DNA of 64,000 nucleotides, taken from assembly GCF_009914755.1 (NCBI RefSeq), contig NC_060935.1; one strand, written 5' to 3'. The DNA is from the human T2T-CHM13v2.0 reference genome, Homo sapiens. The notes beneath the pieces were generated by a model. It was not told the origin of the DNA and did no database searches. It worked only from the letters and a program-made list of their open reading frames with translations. This document shows, piece by piece, positions 12,075 through 27,239 of this stretch; the first letter of the stretch is position 1; each line of letters starts with the position of its first letter. Position numbers and translations under genes: made by a program.

Positions 12075-12931
12075 CAAAATTAATTTATTTTGAAATAAAT
12101 TGTATTGGGAATAATTAAGGTATACAACATCATGTAAGATATATATACATAGTAAAAAGGTTATTATAGTGAAGCAAATTAACATATTTATCACTTCTCA
12201 TATAGTTACCCATTTTTTGTTTTTGTGTCAAGAACAGCTAAAATCTACTCATTTAGCATGAATCCCATATATAATACAATGTTATTACCTACAGTCCTCA
12301 TGGTGTACATTAGCTCTTTAGGCTTCTTCATAGTACATATCTGCTAGTTTGTATCCTCCAGCCTACATCTCTTCATTCCTCCCAACTCAGTAACCACTGT
12401 TTTATTCTGTGTGTGTATTTTTTAAATTTTATTTTGTATATGGTAAGTATGTGTATATGTATACACACACAGATAGATAGATTCCACATATATGTGAGAT
12501 TATGCAATATTTTCCTTTCTGTGTCTGGCTTATTTCACTTAGCATAATGTCCTCCCAGGCTCCTCCATGTCATGGCAAGTGGAAAGATCTCATTCTTTTT
12601 TAAAGCTGAATATTATTCCATATTATGTGTGTACCACAGTTTCTTTATCCATTCACCCACTGACAAACACTTATTTCCCCATCTTGGCTATTGTGAATAA
12701 TACCGCAAAGGTCATACGAGTGCAAATATTTTTACAAGATTGTGCTTTCATTTCCTTTGTGTATATGCCCAGAAGAGGAATTGCTGGGTCATACAGTGTT
12801 GTATCTTCAGTTTCTTTAGGGACCTCCATACTGTTTTCCATAATGGCTGTACCAATCTCCATTCCCACCAACAGTGTACAGAGTTCCCATTTCTCCACAT
12901 CATCACCAACATTTGTCATCTTTTGACTTTT
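12075..12931 (-). mobile_element. Old L1MA (L1MA8/9-like) 3' end, interrupted; continues at ~19913-20160
   Basis: Antisense ORF2 C-terminus ([16 protein letters not shown]...[14 protein letters not shown]) and 3'UTR. The sequence resumes seamlessly after 19912. Confidence 0.8.
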
Positions 12932-13025
12932 ATTTAGAAATAGTAAACAATTTATATGACACTCCCAAAACAAAGAAAGGTATGCACAGAATAATTTTTG
13001 TAGAAAATATGCATTTGTAACCTAT

Positions 13026-16000
13026 CTTTTTAAAAAATTATGAGTACATGATAGTTATATATATTTATAGGGTACATGTGATGTTCTGGTACAAGCATAA
13101 AATGTTTAATGATCACATCAGGGTAACTGGGATATCCATCACCTCAGGAACTTATTTTTTTTTTTGTATTAGACACATTCCAATTCCAGTCTTAGTTTTT
13201 TGATATATACAATAATTATTGTTGACTATAGTCACCCTGTTGTGTTATCAAATACTAGATCTTATTCATTCCATCTAACTATACTTTTATATAAATTAAC
13301 CATCCCCACTTTTCCCCTCCATCACCACTACTCTTCCCAGCCTTAGGTAGCCATCATTATACTCTTTTCTCTCCATGAGTTCAACTGTTTTAATGTTTAG
13401 CCACATATGACACAGAACATGTGAAATTTGTCTTTCTGTGCCAGGTTTCTTTCACTTAACATAATGACCTCAAGTTCCATCCATGTTGTTGCAAATGATA
13501 GGAGTTCATTCTTTTTTGTGGCTAAATAATATTCCAATGTGTACCACATTTTCTTTACCCATTCATCAGTTGATGGACACTTTGATTCCAAATCTTGGCT
13601 AAGTGAATAAATAATAAATACAGGAGTGTAGGTATCTCTTCAATATGCTGATTTCTTTTCTTCTGGATAAATACCTAGCAATGGGATTGCTCAATCATAT
13701 GGTAATTTCTATTTTTAATTTTTGAGGAATCTCCATACTCCTCTCCATAGTGGATGTACTAATTTATACTCCCATAAACAGTGTATGAGGGTTACCCTTT
13801 CTCCACATCCTCACCAGAACTCATTATTTCCTGCCTTTTGGATAAAAGCCATTTTAACTGGGGTGAGATGATACCCCACTGTTGTTTTGATTTGCATTTC
13901 TTGATGATTAATAATGTTGAGTATTTTTCATATATCTATTGGCTATTTACACATCTTCTTTTGAGAAATCTCTGTTCAGATCTTTTGTCCATTTTAAAAT
14001 CAGATTATTTGTTTTTTTTCCCATTGAGTTGTTTGAGCTCCCTATATATTAGGGTTATTAATCTATTATCACATGAAAATATTTCCTCCCATTGTATAAT
14101 TTGTCTCATTTGTTGATTATTTCCTTTGCTATGGAGAACTTTTTAGCTTGATGTAATGTCATTTTTCTATTTATGCTTTGGTTGCCTGCACTTCTGAGGT
14201 ATTACTCAAGAAATTTTTGCCCAGACCAATGTCCTAGAGAGTTTCTTCAGAGTTTTCTTTCAGTAGTTTCATAGTTTCAGGTCTTATATTTAAATCTTTA
14301 ATCCATTTTTATTTTATTTTTGTATATGGTGAGATATAGGGTTGTAGTTTCATTTTTCTGCACATGGATATCCAGTTTTCCTGGCACAATTTATTAAAGA
14401 GACTGTCCTTTTCCCAAAATATGTTCTTCACACCTTTGTCAAAATTGAGTTCATGGTAGATGTATGGATTTATTTTTGCATTCTCTATTCTGTTCCATTG
14501 ATCTATGTGTCTGTTTTTATTCCAATACCATACTGGTTTGGATACTATAGCTCTGTAGTATAATTTAAAGTCAGGTAATGCAATTCCTCCAGCTTTGTTC
14601 TTTTTGTTGCCCATGATGGCTTTGGCTATCCTGGGTCTATACTGGTTCCATACAAATTTTAGGATTACTTTGTTATTTCTGTGAAGAATGTCATTGGTAT
14701 TTTGATAGGGATTTCACTGAACGTGTAGATTGCTTTCAGCAGTATGAACACTTTAACAATATTGATTTCTCCAATCTATTAACACAAAATATCTTTCCAT
14801 TTTTTGTGCCCTCTTCAATTTCTTTTACTAATGTTTTATCGTTTTCATTGAAGAGATCATTTACTTCTGTGATTAAAATTTATTCCTAGGCATATTATTT
14901 TATTTGTAGTTATTGTAAATGGGAGTTTTTTTCTTGGTTTCTTTTTCAGGTTGTTCATTGTTGACATTTAGAAATGCTAATACTTTTTGTATGTTGATTT
15001 TGTATCCTGCAATTGTATTGAATTTATTCTTCAGTTCTATTAGTATAGTTTTTTGGTGGAATTTTTAGGTTTTTCTAAATAGAAGATCATATCAGCTATG
15101 AACAAGAATAATTTGACTTCTTTCATTCCAATTTGGATGCCCTTTATTATTTCTCTCATTTAATTACTCTAGCTAGGACTTCCAGTGCTATATTGAATAG
15201 CAGTGGTAAAAATGGGCATCCTTGTCTTGTTATATATCTTAGAGAAAAGGCTTTTAATTTTTCCCCTTCAGTCTGGTACTGTGTAGGAGTCTAGCATACA
15301 TAGCTTTTAATTGTGTTGAGGTATGTTCCCTCTATGCCACATTTTTTAGCATTTTTGTCACGAAGAGATGTTGAATTTTATTGAATGCTTTTCAGCATCA
15401 AATGAAATATGGTTTTATCCTTCATTCGGTCAATATGATATATTACATTGATTGATTTCTGTATGTTGAGACATCTGTGCATCCCTGGACGAATCTCACT
15501 TGGTCTTGATGAATAATCCTTTTAATTTGTTATTGAATTTGGTTTGTGAGTATTTTGTTGAGGATTTTTGCATCTATGTTCATCAGAGATATTTGCCTAT
15601 AGTTTTCTTTTTTGATGTGTCTTTCTCCGGTTTTGGCATCGTGGTAATACTAGCCTCATGAAATGAGTTTGGAAGTGCTCCTTCCTCCTAGATTTTTTCA
15701 AGTAGTTTGAGTAGGATTGGTATTAGTTCTTTAAATATTTGGTAGAATTCATCAGTAAAGTCATTAGGTCTTGAATTTTTCTGTGATGGGAGACTTAATT
15801 ATGACTTCTGTCTCATTACTTGTTATTGGTCTATTTTGGTTTCAGATTTTTTTCATGGTTGAATCTTGGTAGGTTGTATGTGTCTAGAAATTTATTTATT
15901 CTAGATTTTCCAATTCTTTGGCATATAGTTGTTGATAGTATCTCTAATGATCCTTTGAATTTCTGTGATATCAGTTGTAATGTCACGTTTTTCATCTGAT

Positions 16001-18814
16001 TTTATATTGCGGTGTCTTCTCTCTTTTGTTCTCAGTCTGGCTAAAAGTTTGTTGATTTACTAATTTTTGCTTGTTTTGCTTTTGCTTTTCTAGTTCCTTA
16101 CAATGTATCATTAGGTTATTTATTTGAAATTTCTCTACTTTTTAATGCAGGTGCTTATTGGTATACTTCCATCTTACAATTGCTTTTGCTATATCCCATA
16201 AGTTTATGTATGTTGTGTTTCCATTTTCATTTGTTTCATAAAATCTTAAAATTTCCTTCCTGATTTCTTCATTGACCTGCTTGTCACTCAGGAGCATATT
16301 GTTTAATTTCCATGTGTTTGTATAGTTTCCAAAGTTCCTCTTCTTATTGATTTTTAGTTCTATTCCATAGTGGTCAGAAAAGATATTTAATATAATTTCA
16401 ATGTTTTGAATGTTTTAAGACTCATTTTGTACTTTAACATATGGTCTATCATTGAGAATGACCCATGTGCTGAAAGAAAGAATGTGCATTCTGCAGCTTT
16501 TGGATAAAATGTTCTATAATATCTATTAGGCCCATTTGGTTGACAGTGTAGATTAAGTCTGATGTTTCTTTGTTGATTTTCTGTCTGGATGATCTGTTCA
16601 ATGCTAAAAATGGGTTGTTGAGCTCTCCAGCTAGTATTGTATTGTGGTCTTTCTTTCTCTTTAGCCTTAATAATATTTGTTTTATATATATGGGTGCTCT
16701 AGTGTTGGGTGCATATACATTTATAATTGTTATATCCTCTTGCCAAATGGACTCCTTTATCATTATATAATGTCCTTCTTTGTCTCTTCCTTTAGTTCCT
16801 ATCTTAGAATTTATTCTATCTGATATAGGTATAGCTAATTCCTGCTCTTTCTTAGTTTACATTTGTACAGAATATCTTTTTCCATCCCTTTAATTTCACT
16901 CTATAGGTGAAGTGAGTTTTGTAGGCAGCATATAATTGGGTCTTTTTTTTTTTTTTTATCAGTTTAGCCACTTTATGTTTTTCATTGGAAAGTTTAGTCC
17001 ATTTATAGTAAACGTTATTATTGATAGGTAAGAACTTACTCCTCCCATTTTGTTATTTGTTTTCTGGTTACTTTGTGGTCTTCTCTTCCCTCCTTCCTTC
17101 CTGTCTTCCTTTGTGTAAAAGTGATTTTCTCTGGTAGTATGTTCTAATTTCTTGCTTTTACTTTTCTGTGTATCTGTTGTGGGTTTTTTGATCCGAGGTT
17201 ACCATGAAGCTTGCAAATAATATCTTGTAAAAAATAATTTTAAACTAATGACAACCTAACTGATTTCAGAAACAATGCACAAGCAAAGAGAAAACTTAAA
17301 AAAAAACTCTACACTTTATCCTCCATGTTCTTTGACTTTTAGTTGTTTCTATATATTTTTATACTATCTATTTCTTAGAAATATGTTGTAGTTATTATTT
17401 TTGATTAGTTCTTTTACTATTCCTATTCAAGATATGAGTGGTTTACACACCACAATTACAGTGTTGCAGTATTCTGTATTTGGCTGTGTATTTGCTGTTA
17501 CCAGTGAGTTTTGTACCTTCAGATTTCTTATTGTTTGTTAATGTCCTTTTCTTTTAGATTAAAGAACTCTCTTTAGCATTGCTCTTAGGACAAGTCCACT
17601 GTTGATGAAATCCCTCAGCTGTTATTTGACTTGTAAAGTTTTATTTTTCCTTCATGTTTGAAGGCTATTTTCCCTGGATATGCTATTCTAGGATAAAAGT
17701 TGTTTCATTTTTTTTTTCCTTCAGCACTTTAAATATGTCATGCACCTCTATCTTGGACTGTCAGATTTCCACTGAAAAGGTTGTTGCCAGATGTATGCTC
17801 CCTTGCAATGTTGCTTGTTTCTTTTCTCTTGCTTCATTTAGGATCCTTTCTTTATCCTTAGCCTTTGGGAATTTGATTATTAAATGTGTTGAAGTAGTCT
17901 TATGTGGATTAAATCTGCTTAATTTTCTATGACCTTCGTCTACCCGATAATATTTTTTCTAGGTTTGGAAATGTCTCTGTTATTATTTCTTTAAATAAAC
18001 TTTCTTACCTGATCTCTTTCTTTATTTCCTCCTTAAGGTCAATACATTTTACATTTTCCCTTTTGAGACTGTTTTCTAGATCTCATAGGTTTGCTTCATT
18101 CTCTTTATTATTTTTTTCTTCTTTCCCCCATGGCTGTTTTTTATACAGCCTGTCTTCAATCTCACCAACTTTTCCTTCTGCTTGATCAATTCTACTCTTC
18201 AGAGATTCGAAAGCATTTTTCATTTTGACAATAGAAATTTTTCAGCTGCAGAACTTCTGCTTGATTATTTAAAAAATTATTTCAATCTGCTTGTTAAATT
18301 TCTGGGATAAGATTTTGAATCCCTTCTCTGTGTTATCTTGATGCTCACTGAACTTTCTCAAACAACTATTTTTAATTCTCTTTCTGAAAGTTCATCTATT
18401 TCCACCACTCTAGAATTTGTCACTGGTGACTTATTTAGTTTGTTTAGTAGATCATGTTTTCCTGGATGTTCTTGATGCTTGTGGATGTTTGTTAATATCT
18501 GGGTATTTAGAAGTTAGGTATTTATTTTAAGCTTGCAGTCTCAGCTTGTTTGTACCTATCCTTCTTGAGAAGGGTTTCCAGGTATTCAAATGGAATTGGG
18601 TGTGGTGATCGAAGTCTCTGGTCACTGAAGCCATATCAACACTGGGAGATACCGCAGAACTAGTAATGCTGTAATTCTTGCAGACTCCTAGAGGTACCAC
18701 CTTGGTAGGCTTGGGTAAGATCTGGGGAATTCCCTGGATTACTGGGCAGCAGTCTCTGATTCTCTTCCCTCACTTCTCACTTTCCCCAAACAGAAGTCTG
18801 TCTGTATGTCTGTT

Positions 18815-18858
<44 letters not shown>

Positions 18859-19898
18859 GAGCTTCCTGGAGTTGGGGGAGGGATGGCACAAGCACTCCCA
18901 AAGCTATCACAGCCAGGACTGTGCTGGATAATACCTGAAGGCATCACAGTATTTGGGTCTTATCCAAGGTCCATGGCTACTCTTTCCTGGCTGCTAGTGA
19001 TGTTTCTTCAATGCCCAAGGGCTCTTTAGTCATCAGGTGGCATATTTAGCCATGAAGGGGTCCCTCCTGTCAGGGGAGCAGGTTCCCTTCTAGCCAAGGG
19101 TAGGTCTAGAGATGCCATCCAGGAGCTAGGACCTGGAATTAAGGGTTTCAGGATCCAGCGTGGTGCTTTATTTTACCGTGGCTGAGCTGGTACCCAGGTT
19201 GCAAGATGAAGTCCTTTGTACTTTTTCTTCTGCTTTCCCAAAGTCTAAGGAGTCTTTCCCAAGCTGAATGCCTGGAATTAGGGAGGGGTAACACAAACAC
19301 TTCCTTGGGTGTGACAACTAGTGTCTCACTGGGTTTCATGTACCCCAAGTCCACTGGCCCCAAGCCCAGAGCAGTGCCAGGACTTATCCAAGGACTGCAA
19401 ACCTTGTTACCTGACTGACATTCAAATTTATCTAGGACATTAGGCTACTTTAGTCAGCCAATGGTGGAGCTACCCCAAACTCAGGTTCCTACCACTGGGG
19501 TGGAGAATTCCCCTTTGAATGGAGCTAGTCTAAATGCTTCATCTGTGGACACCGGTGGAATTTTGCCCTATGTTGTATTCTGCTGTGAGAGGGCAGAATT
19601 GAGTTCCAATGCAATGTCTCACAATCACTTCACTCTCTCTCCTGCGAACACACAGATTTTCTGAATACATGCCATCGGTTGGGGAAGGGTGGTATAGGCA
19701 ATGCGAAACTGTCTTTCCTACCTTCTTTAGTGTCTCTTTCCTTGATATAGTATTTAAGCCAGCTACTGTGATCACTCACCTAACCTTTGGTTCTTATGAA
19801 GGTGCTTTCTTGCACAGATAGTTATTCAATTTGGTGTTCCTGCAGGGGGGATAATCACTGGAACGTTCTATTCAGCCATCTTCCTCTGCCTCCCTCCT
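13026..19898 (-). mobile_element. Full-length, inactive L1MA2-4-like LINE-1 nested in the older L1MA
   Basis: The 5' end GGAGGGAGGCAGAGGAAGATGGCTGAATAG is at ~19897. It is followed by the 5'UTR, ORF1 remnants, ORF2 endonuclease (EDITIINVYAPN) and RT remnants ([18 protein letters not shown]), and the 3'UTR. Many stops and frameshifts. TSD ATCT(T/A)TTGACTTTT at 12918-12931 and 19899-19912. Confidence 0.88.
18817..18857. repeat. (CT)n microsatellite in the L1 5'UTR
   Basis: Directly visible. Confidence 0.9.
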
Positions 19899-19912
19899 AT
19901 CTATTGACTTTT

Positions 19913-20160
19913 TGATAAAGCCATCCTAATGAGCGTGAAGTGGTTTCTCATTGTAGTTTTGATTTGCATTTCCCTGATGATTGATAATGTTTAGCCTCTT
20001 TTTATATACCTGTTGGACATTTCTGTCTTCTTTGAAGAAATATCCACCCAAGTCTTTTGCCCATGTTTTAATTAGTTATTTGTTCCACTACTGAGTTGTA
20101 TAAGTTCTTTATAAATTTTGGATATTAACCCCTTATCTAATATATGACTTGCAAATAACC
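19913..20160 (-). mobile_element. Continuation of the older L1MA interrupted at 12931
   Basis: tgataaagccatcctaatgagcgtgaagtggtttctcattgtag continues the L1 sequence that stops at 12931. Confidence 0.75.
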
Positions 20161-20330
20161 ATTAACTTTTCATTTACCAAGTATAAATTTTCATATGCAT
20201 AATATCATTAAGTATTCATAACCAATGAATTAAGTATAATTTTACAGGTAAAGAAACTCAGACTAAGAAAAACTGACTTACCCAAAGTTATTTAACTACT
20301 GACTTGATGAACCAGTATGGTCAATATTCT

Positions 20331-22009
20331 TTTATTTTATTTTATTTTACTTTATGTTCCAGGATACAGACGCAGAATGTGCAGATTTGTTACATAGGTA
20401 TACGTGTGCCATGGGTTGCTGCACCTATCAACCAATCATCTAGGTCTTAAATCCCACATGCATTAGCTATTTGTCCTAATGTTCTCCCTCCCCTTGCCCC
20501 CCACCCCCTGACTGGCCCTGGTGTGTGTTATTCCCCACACTGTGTCCATGTGTTCTCATTGTACAACTCCAGCTGATGAATGAGAACTTGTGTTGTTTGG
20601 TTTTCTGTTCTTGTGTTAGTTTGCTGAGGATGATGGTTTCTAGCTTCATCCATGTCCCTGCAAAAGACATTATCTCATTCCTTTCTATGGTTGCATATTA
20701 TTCCATGGTGTGTATATACCACATTTTCGTTATCCAGTCTGTAATTGATGGGCATTTGGGTTGGTTCTATGTCTTTGCTATTGTGAATAGTGCTGCAATA
20801 AACATACATGTGCATGTATCTTTATAACGGAATGATTTATATTCCTTTGGGTATATACCTAGTAATGGGACTGCTGGGTCAAATGGTATTTCTGGTTGTA
20901 GATCTTTGAGGAATTGGCACACTGTCTTCCACAACAGTTGAACTAATTTACATTCCCACCAAGAGTGTGAAAGCATTCCTGTTTCTCCACAGCCTCACCA
21001 GCATCTATTGTTTGTTGCTTTTTAATAATCACCATTCTGACTGGCATGAGATGGTACCTCATTGTGGTTTTGATTTTCATTTCTCTAATGATCAGTGATG
21101 TTGAGCTTTAATTCATATGTTTGTTGGCTGCATAAATGTCGTATTTTGGGAAGTGTCTGTTCATGTCCTTTGCCCACTTTTTAATGGGGTTGCTTTTTTC
21201 TTGTAAATTTCTTTAAGTTCCTTGTAGATTCTGGATATTAGACCTTTGTCAGATGGGTAGATTGCAAAAATTTGCCCCCATTCTGTAGGTTGCCTGTTTG
21301 CTTTGATGATAGTTTCCTTTGCTGTGCAGAAGCTCTGTAGTTTAATTAGATTCCATTTGTCAATTTTGGCTTTTGTTGCTATTGCTTTTGGCATGTTCAT
21401 CATGAAGTCTTTGCCCATGCCTCTGTCTTGAATGGTATTGCCTAGGTTTTTATCCAAGGTTTTTATGGTTTTGGGTTTACATTTAAGTATTTAACCCATC
21501 TTGAGTTAATTTTTGTATAAAGTATAAGGAAGGGGTCAAGTTTCAGTTTTCTGCCTATAGCTAGCCAGTTTTCCCAGCATCATTTATTAAATACGGAATC
21601 CTTTCCCCATTGCTTGCTTTTGTCTGGTTTGTTAAAGATCAGATGGTTGTAGATATGTGGTGTTGTTTCTGAGGTCTCTGTCCTGTTCCCTTGGTCTATA
21701 TGTCTGTTTTGGTACCAGTACCATGCTGTTTTGGCTACTGTAGGCTTGTAGTATAGTTTGAAGTCAGGTAGCATGATGCCTCCAGCTTTGTTCTTTTTGC
21801 TCAGGATTGTCTTGGCTATATGGGCTTTTTTTGGTTCCATATGAAATTTAAAGTAGTTTTTTTCTAATTCTGTGAAGAATGTCAATAGTATTTTGACGGG
21901 AATAGCATTGAATCTATAAAATACTTTGAGCAGTATGGCCATTTTCATGCTATTGATTCTTCCTATCCATGAGGATGGAATGTATACTTGTTTGAGTTGT
22001 CTCTTATTT
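20331..22009 (-). mobile_element. 5'-truncated L1PA (about PA7-8 age)
   Basis: Antisense ORF2 3' half ([14 protein letters not shown]; [15 protein letters not shown]) with 3'UTR and T-rich tail. 18-bp TSD CAGTATGGT(C/G)AATATTCT at 20313-20330 and 22010-22027. Confidence 0.92.
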
Positions 22010-22549
22010 CAGTATGGTGAATATTCTATTGACCAAGTGGATGAAACAGGATAAATCTTGATTATCTGATGCCACTTCCCATCCCATCTTTGTTCTAATA
22101 ATCTTCTGCACTTTGAAAATCACTGAACTCATTGATCCAGGTAGTAAATAGCATAAACTTCAATGTTTGGTCCTAAGTGCTCTAAATCTGAACAGAATAT
22201 ACTTCATTGTTTTCAAGCAAGTATAAAAAAACAGAATCCTAAATACAGATGTATTCAATTAATATAATATCATTTCTGTAGTGTTTGTGTTGCTTTAGAG
22301 ACAACAAAAAAATATATTAATATTGGACTGATTAGTTAAATAAAGCTTTATAAATATATGAGACTTAACAAAATTCAAACTTGACCAGATGGAATGAGCT
22401 ACGTTGGGAGGTGGTATATATCCTACAACTTGAGGCTTTCCAGCAGATGACAGAATCCCTTTTAGCAGAGTGACAATAAACAATTAAAAACTAAGGAGAG
22501 CCACTACTCTATATTGCCTTTAAAATTACCTTTAATGCTGATTCTGTAA

Positions 22550-22911
<362 letters not shown>

Positions 22912-22919
22912 TCCGTTTT

Positions 22920-23289
22920 TAAATTATTATTGTATCATAAGAAGAACCACATAACCTTAAATTTATAATACTGACCACTCTTAAGTGTAGAGTTCAATAG
23001 TGTTAAGTATATTACATTGCTGTGAAACACATACCTAGATGAGTTTTTCATCTTGAAAAACTGAAACTATATAACCAATAAACATTAATTCCCCCTCCCT
23101 CATCTCTCCAGCCCTAGGCAACTACCTCTCTACTTTGTTTTTATCAGTCTGCCTACTTTAGATACTTCATAGGAGTGGAATCATACAGTGTTTGTCCTTT
23201 TGTGACTGGCTTATTTTGCTTAGCATAATGCCCTCAAGGTCCATTCATGTTAGCATATGATAGGATTTCCTTTTGTTCCTAAGGCTACA

Positions 23290-23341
<52 letters not shown>

Positions 23342-24460
23342 CATTTTCTTTATCCATTCTTCTGTTAACGGACATTTGGGTTGCTTCCACCACTTGAGTA
23401 TTGCAAATAAGGCTGTGATGACCATGGCTGTGTAAATATTTCTTCAAGATCCTGCTTTGAATTCTTTTGGATATTTACCCAGAGGTGGAATTGCTGGATC
23501 GTACGGTATTTCTATTTTTAAAGTTTTCAAGAATCTTTATACTGTTTTCCATAATGGTGGCACCATTCCCACCAATAGCATACAAGCATTTCAATTTCTC
23601 CACATCTTTATCAACACATTATTTTCTGTTATTTTGACAGCAGGCATCCTAATGGGTGTGAAATGATTTTTAATTGTGGTTTTGATTGGCATTTCCCTCA
23701 TGATTAGTGGGTTGAACATTTTTCATAGATGTATTGGCCATTTGTATATTTTCTTTGGAGAATTTTCTATTCAAGTCTTTTGTCCATTTTTAGTTGTGTT
23801 ACTTGTTATTTGTTGTTGAGTTGTAGAAGTTCTTCATATATTCTGGATATAAAGCTTTCACATATATATGATTTGCAAATACTTCCTCCAGTTCCATTGG
23901 TTGTCTTTTCACTCTGGTCATTGTTTTCTTTGATGTACAGAAGTCTTTAAGTTTGATGCAGTACAATTTGTTTTTTTTTTTTGCTTTCAGTTTCCTGTGC
24001 TTCTGGTGTCATATTCAAGAAATTGTTGCCAAATCCAATGTGTCCTGACATTTTTCTATTAGTTTTATAGTTTAAATATTACATTTTCTGTAGGCATTAT
24101 AGAGTTTAAAGTCTTACTTATATCTTTAATCCATCTCGAGTTAATTTTTGTATATGGTATAAAGTAAGGGCCCAACTTTATCTTTTGCATGTAGATATCC
24201 AGTTTTCCCACCACCATTTGTTAAATAAACTATCCTTTCCCCAGTGGTAGTCCTAGCTCCCTTATTTAAAATAATTTGCCATACATGCAAGGGTCTATTT
24301 CTGGGATCTACATTCTCTTTCACTGATGAATATATCTGTCTTTATGCCAGTACCACACCATCTTGATTACTGTTGCTTTGTAGTAAGCTTTGAAATCAGG
24401 ATGTCTGAGGTTTCTAAGTTTGTTCTTATTCTCCAAAATTGATTAGGCTATTTAGTGTCT
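22920..24460 (-). mobile_element. Old L1MB-like 3' portion containing a (TG)n tract at ~23293-23338
   Basis: Antisense L1 ORF2 end and 3'UTR motifs (gactggcttattttgcttagcataatg; cccagaggtggaattgctggatc). Confidence 0.8.
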
Positions 24461-24819
24461 CGGAACTAACGCTTTTAAAATAAGGATCATGGGAAGCATT
24501 TAATGTAAACATATAGAGACAAAGGGATTCTCATTCTGCTCTCATTCCATAAAACAAACAAACATAAAAACATTCTTTCCCACAGCTGAGTGGCATTCAG
24601 AAAAAGAAGCTCCCTTCTAAATATCAGAAAGAACAGTTACCAGAAAAATAGAGCTGAGCTACAAAATTCTTGTTAATTAGAAGGTGCAGCTATTTAACAG
24701 AGTATAAATATACACTATAGCCTAAAAATAATTAAGAGCAATGCTGAAATTCTCTAAAGTACATGATCATTCTATCAAAATATACTAAATGTATTATAAT
24801 AGAAAGAACTCATAAGTTA

Positions 24820-25170
<351 letters not shown>

Positions 25171-27143
25171 TCCACAAATTATTAATATCTAATCAGTCTC
25201 TCACTTTAGATTAGGGTTTAGATTAGGAAACTGAGGCATACAGCTAGTCTAAGTGACTTGCCCAAGAACATTCAAATAGTAAGTGTATAAAGACAATAAT
25301 CTAACATCTGTTTCCAGTTATGACTTACTCTTACACGATTCTTCCTTCTCAGTCTGATATGTGTCCTACAGTCAAATGTGTTTCTACCTTGTTACCTCTC
25401 TGTTCTTACTGAAAGAAACCTAACTTTCTGCCCCACCCATTGTGGTACTTGCATGGTATTTACTTAGTCTCTTAATCAACCAGTTTTAATTCATAAGATT
25501 GTCTTTTTCAGCAGAAAACAGAGTCTAGCCAAAGTATCAAACAACTAAAACAGTATCTAAAACAAAATATTCCTGAAGGCATTTAGTGCTCTACTCATTT
25601 CTCCAATTGCATGCAACATCTAGAGCATTTACCTATCAATCCTTTCATATATAACTATCCCATTTCATCCTCTTTATATTACTATAGTATAGTAACAATA
25701 GGTATAATCTCATTTTATCTCATTTCAGGCACAATAAAAAGTCATTTAATGTGCCTGAGGTCACATGACTAATTTGTGATAGAGCCAAGATACAAATCCT
25801 GGTCTCTGACTTTGGATCTTTTGTTCATTCCATTCTATCACACTGTCCTACTTTTGATATTACACTTGGTTCTCAACAAATATGCCCCATCTCCTCTAAA
25901 GGTATTTTCTTAGTTGTTCCCATAATTGAATTAGTCAACTCTATCTATCCATTAGTCAGCTTTCCTCTAAATAACCCCATTTTTGTGCTGATACCACCTA
26001 ACTCTCAATTTACTTAGTCACCAAGTCCTGTCAATTATTTCTTTAAGATTCATCATTTCTCTATAAGCTGATTACAATTTTCATTGTTTCTCACTAGGAC
26101 TCTGGAATATCAAATCTCCAAGCTTTATGCTTTGCATATTAGGTTTATTTAAACACAGAAGATATCCCTAAAAAATACTCCCAATTATTTTAAATTGTTC
26201 AAAGGAAATAATAGGAATAAAATAAAGAAAGAAACCATATTAAATATGAAGTATTTATTCCTCATTAAAGGTCTAAAGTTTTCATTAATATCTTTTTATT
26301 TTCCAAATGTTAATAAAAATATCAACTCAATAAAATAAATGCAAAACTTGCAATTTATTTCAATAGCATGAATATCTACTATTTGCCAAGCAGTACTAAG
26401 CATGTTCATATTGAGGATCACATTAAAATTTCAAAAGTACCCTAAAAGATGAGGAAATGGAAGCTTTTAGCATTTAAGCAGCATAAGCTAGCAATATGCT
26501 CTCCAATTATGAAAACAAGTTTCTCTAATATATTTTTCAGCATTTATTTAATTTAGCTGCCTGGAAGGTTGGCATATTTGTATCCCACTTAGGACTAATG
26601 ACTTCATTTTCAGGAAGCAAAAATACAAATATCCTTGCGAACAGCCAGGAAGTACAAAAATGTGTTTTCTAAGTATTCATGAGCCCATCATGGATGCCCA
26701 CCCTCCCTCTCTTCTTTTGGAGAAAAAAAAAAAAAAAAAAAAAAAAAAACAGTCTCATTGCCAAATTAGATAACTTCCTTTCCTGGAAGCACATTTAGTA
26801 TTTTATTACTGTCTCAAATAGTTAACATCTTCTAGGTTAAATGAAAGTATTTTTCAAGAGAGGAAAAGTGAAATAGCTTACAAAATGACTGTGTGATAAC
26901 CAGCACTTGAAGACTACGTACTAAAACACAGAACCCAAAATAAAACACACACAACTACTCAACGTGATACACATTCAGTGTCAGCTCAGAAGCCTGAGAA
27001 CCCAATATGCTGACCAGGCCAAAGCTAGAAATTAGGTTACACATTTTCTTTTCTTTCTTTAACACTACTAGCACTATCCACAAAGAACAAGACAAGTCTT
27101 ACCCATGAAGCCTAGTAAGAAAAGAAAACAGTATAACACTTAC

Positions 27144-27239
27144 AGTTGTCGTCTCATCAGTTTCATTTTCAAAACTCTGATTTTCTTTATTTTGCTCAAT
27201 ACATGAAGCATTTTCCTTTGATCCACTGCAATCTGTAAG
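27144..27239 (-). CDS. DLG2: Internal coding exon (96 nt, phase 0/0) of the long DLG2/PSD-93 isoform
   Basis: The minus strand reads ttttattttag|CTTACAGATTGC...GAGACGACAACT|gtaagtg, with a canonical acceptor and a consensus donor. The open frame LTDCSGSKENASCIEQNKENQSFENETDETTT matches the DLG2 N-terminal region as I recall it (...KSSE-LTDCSG...TTT-QNQGRC...). Recognised from memory, not by database search. Confidence 0.93.
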
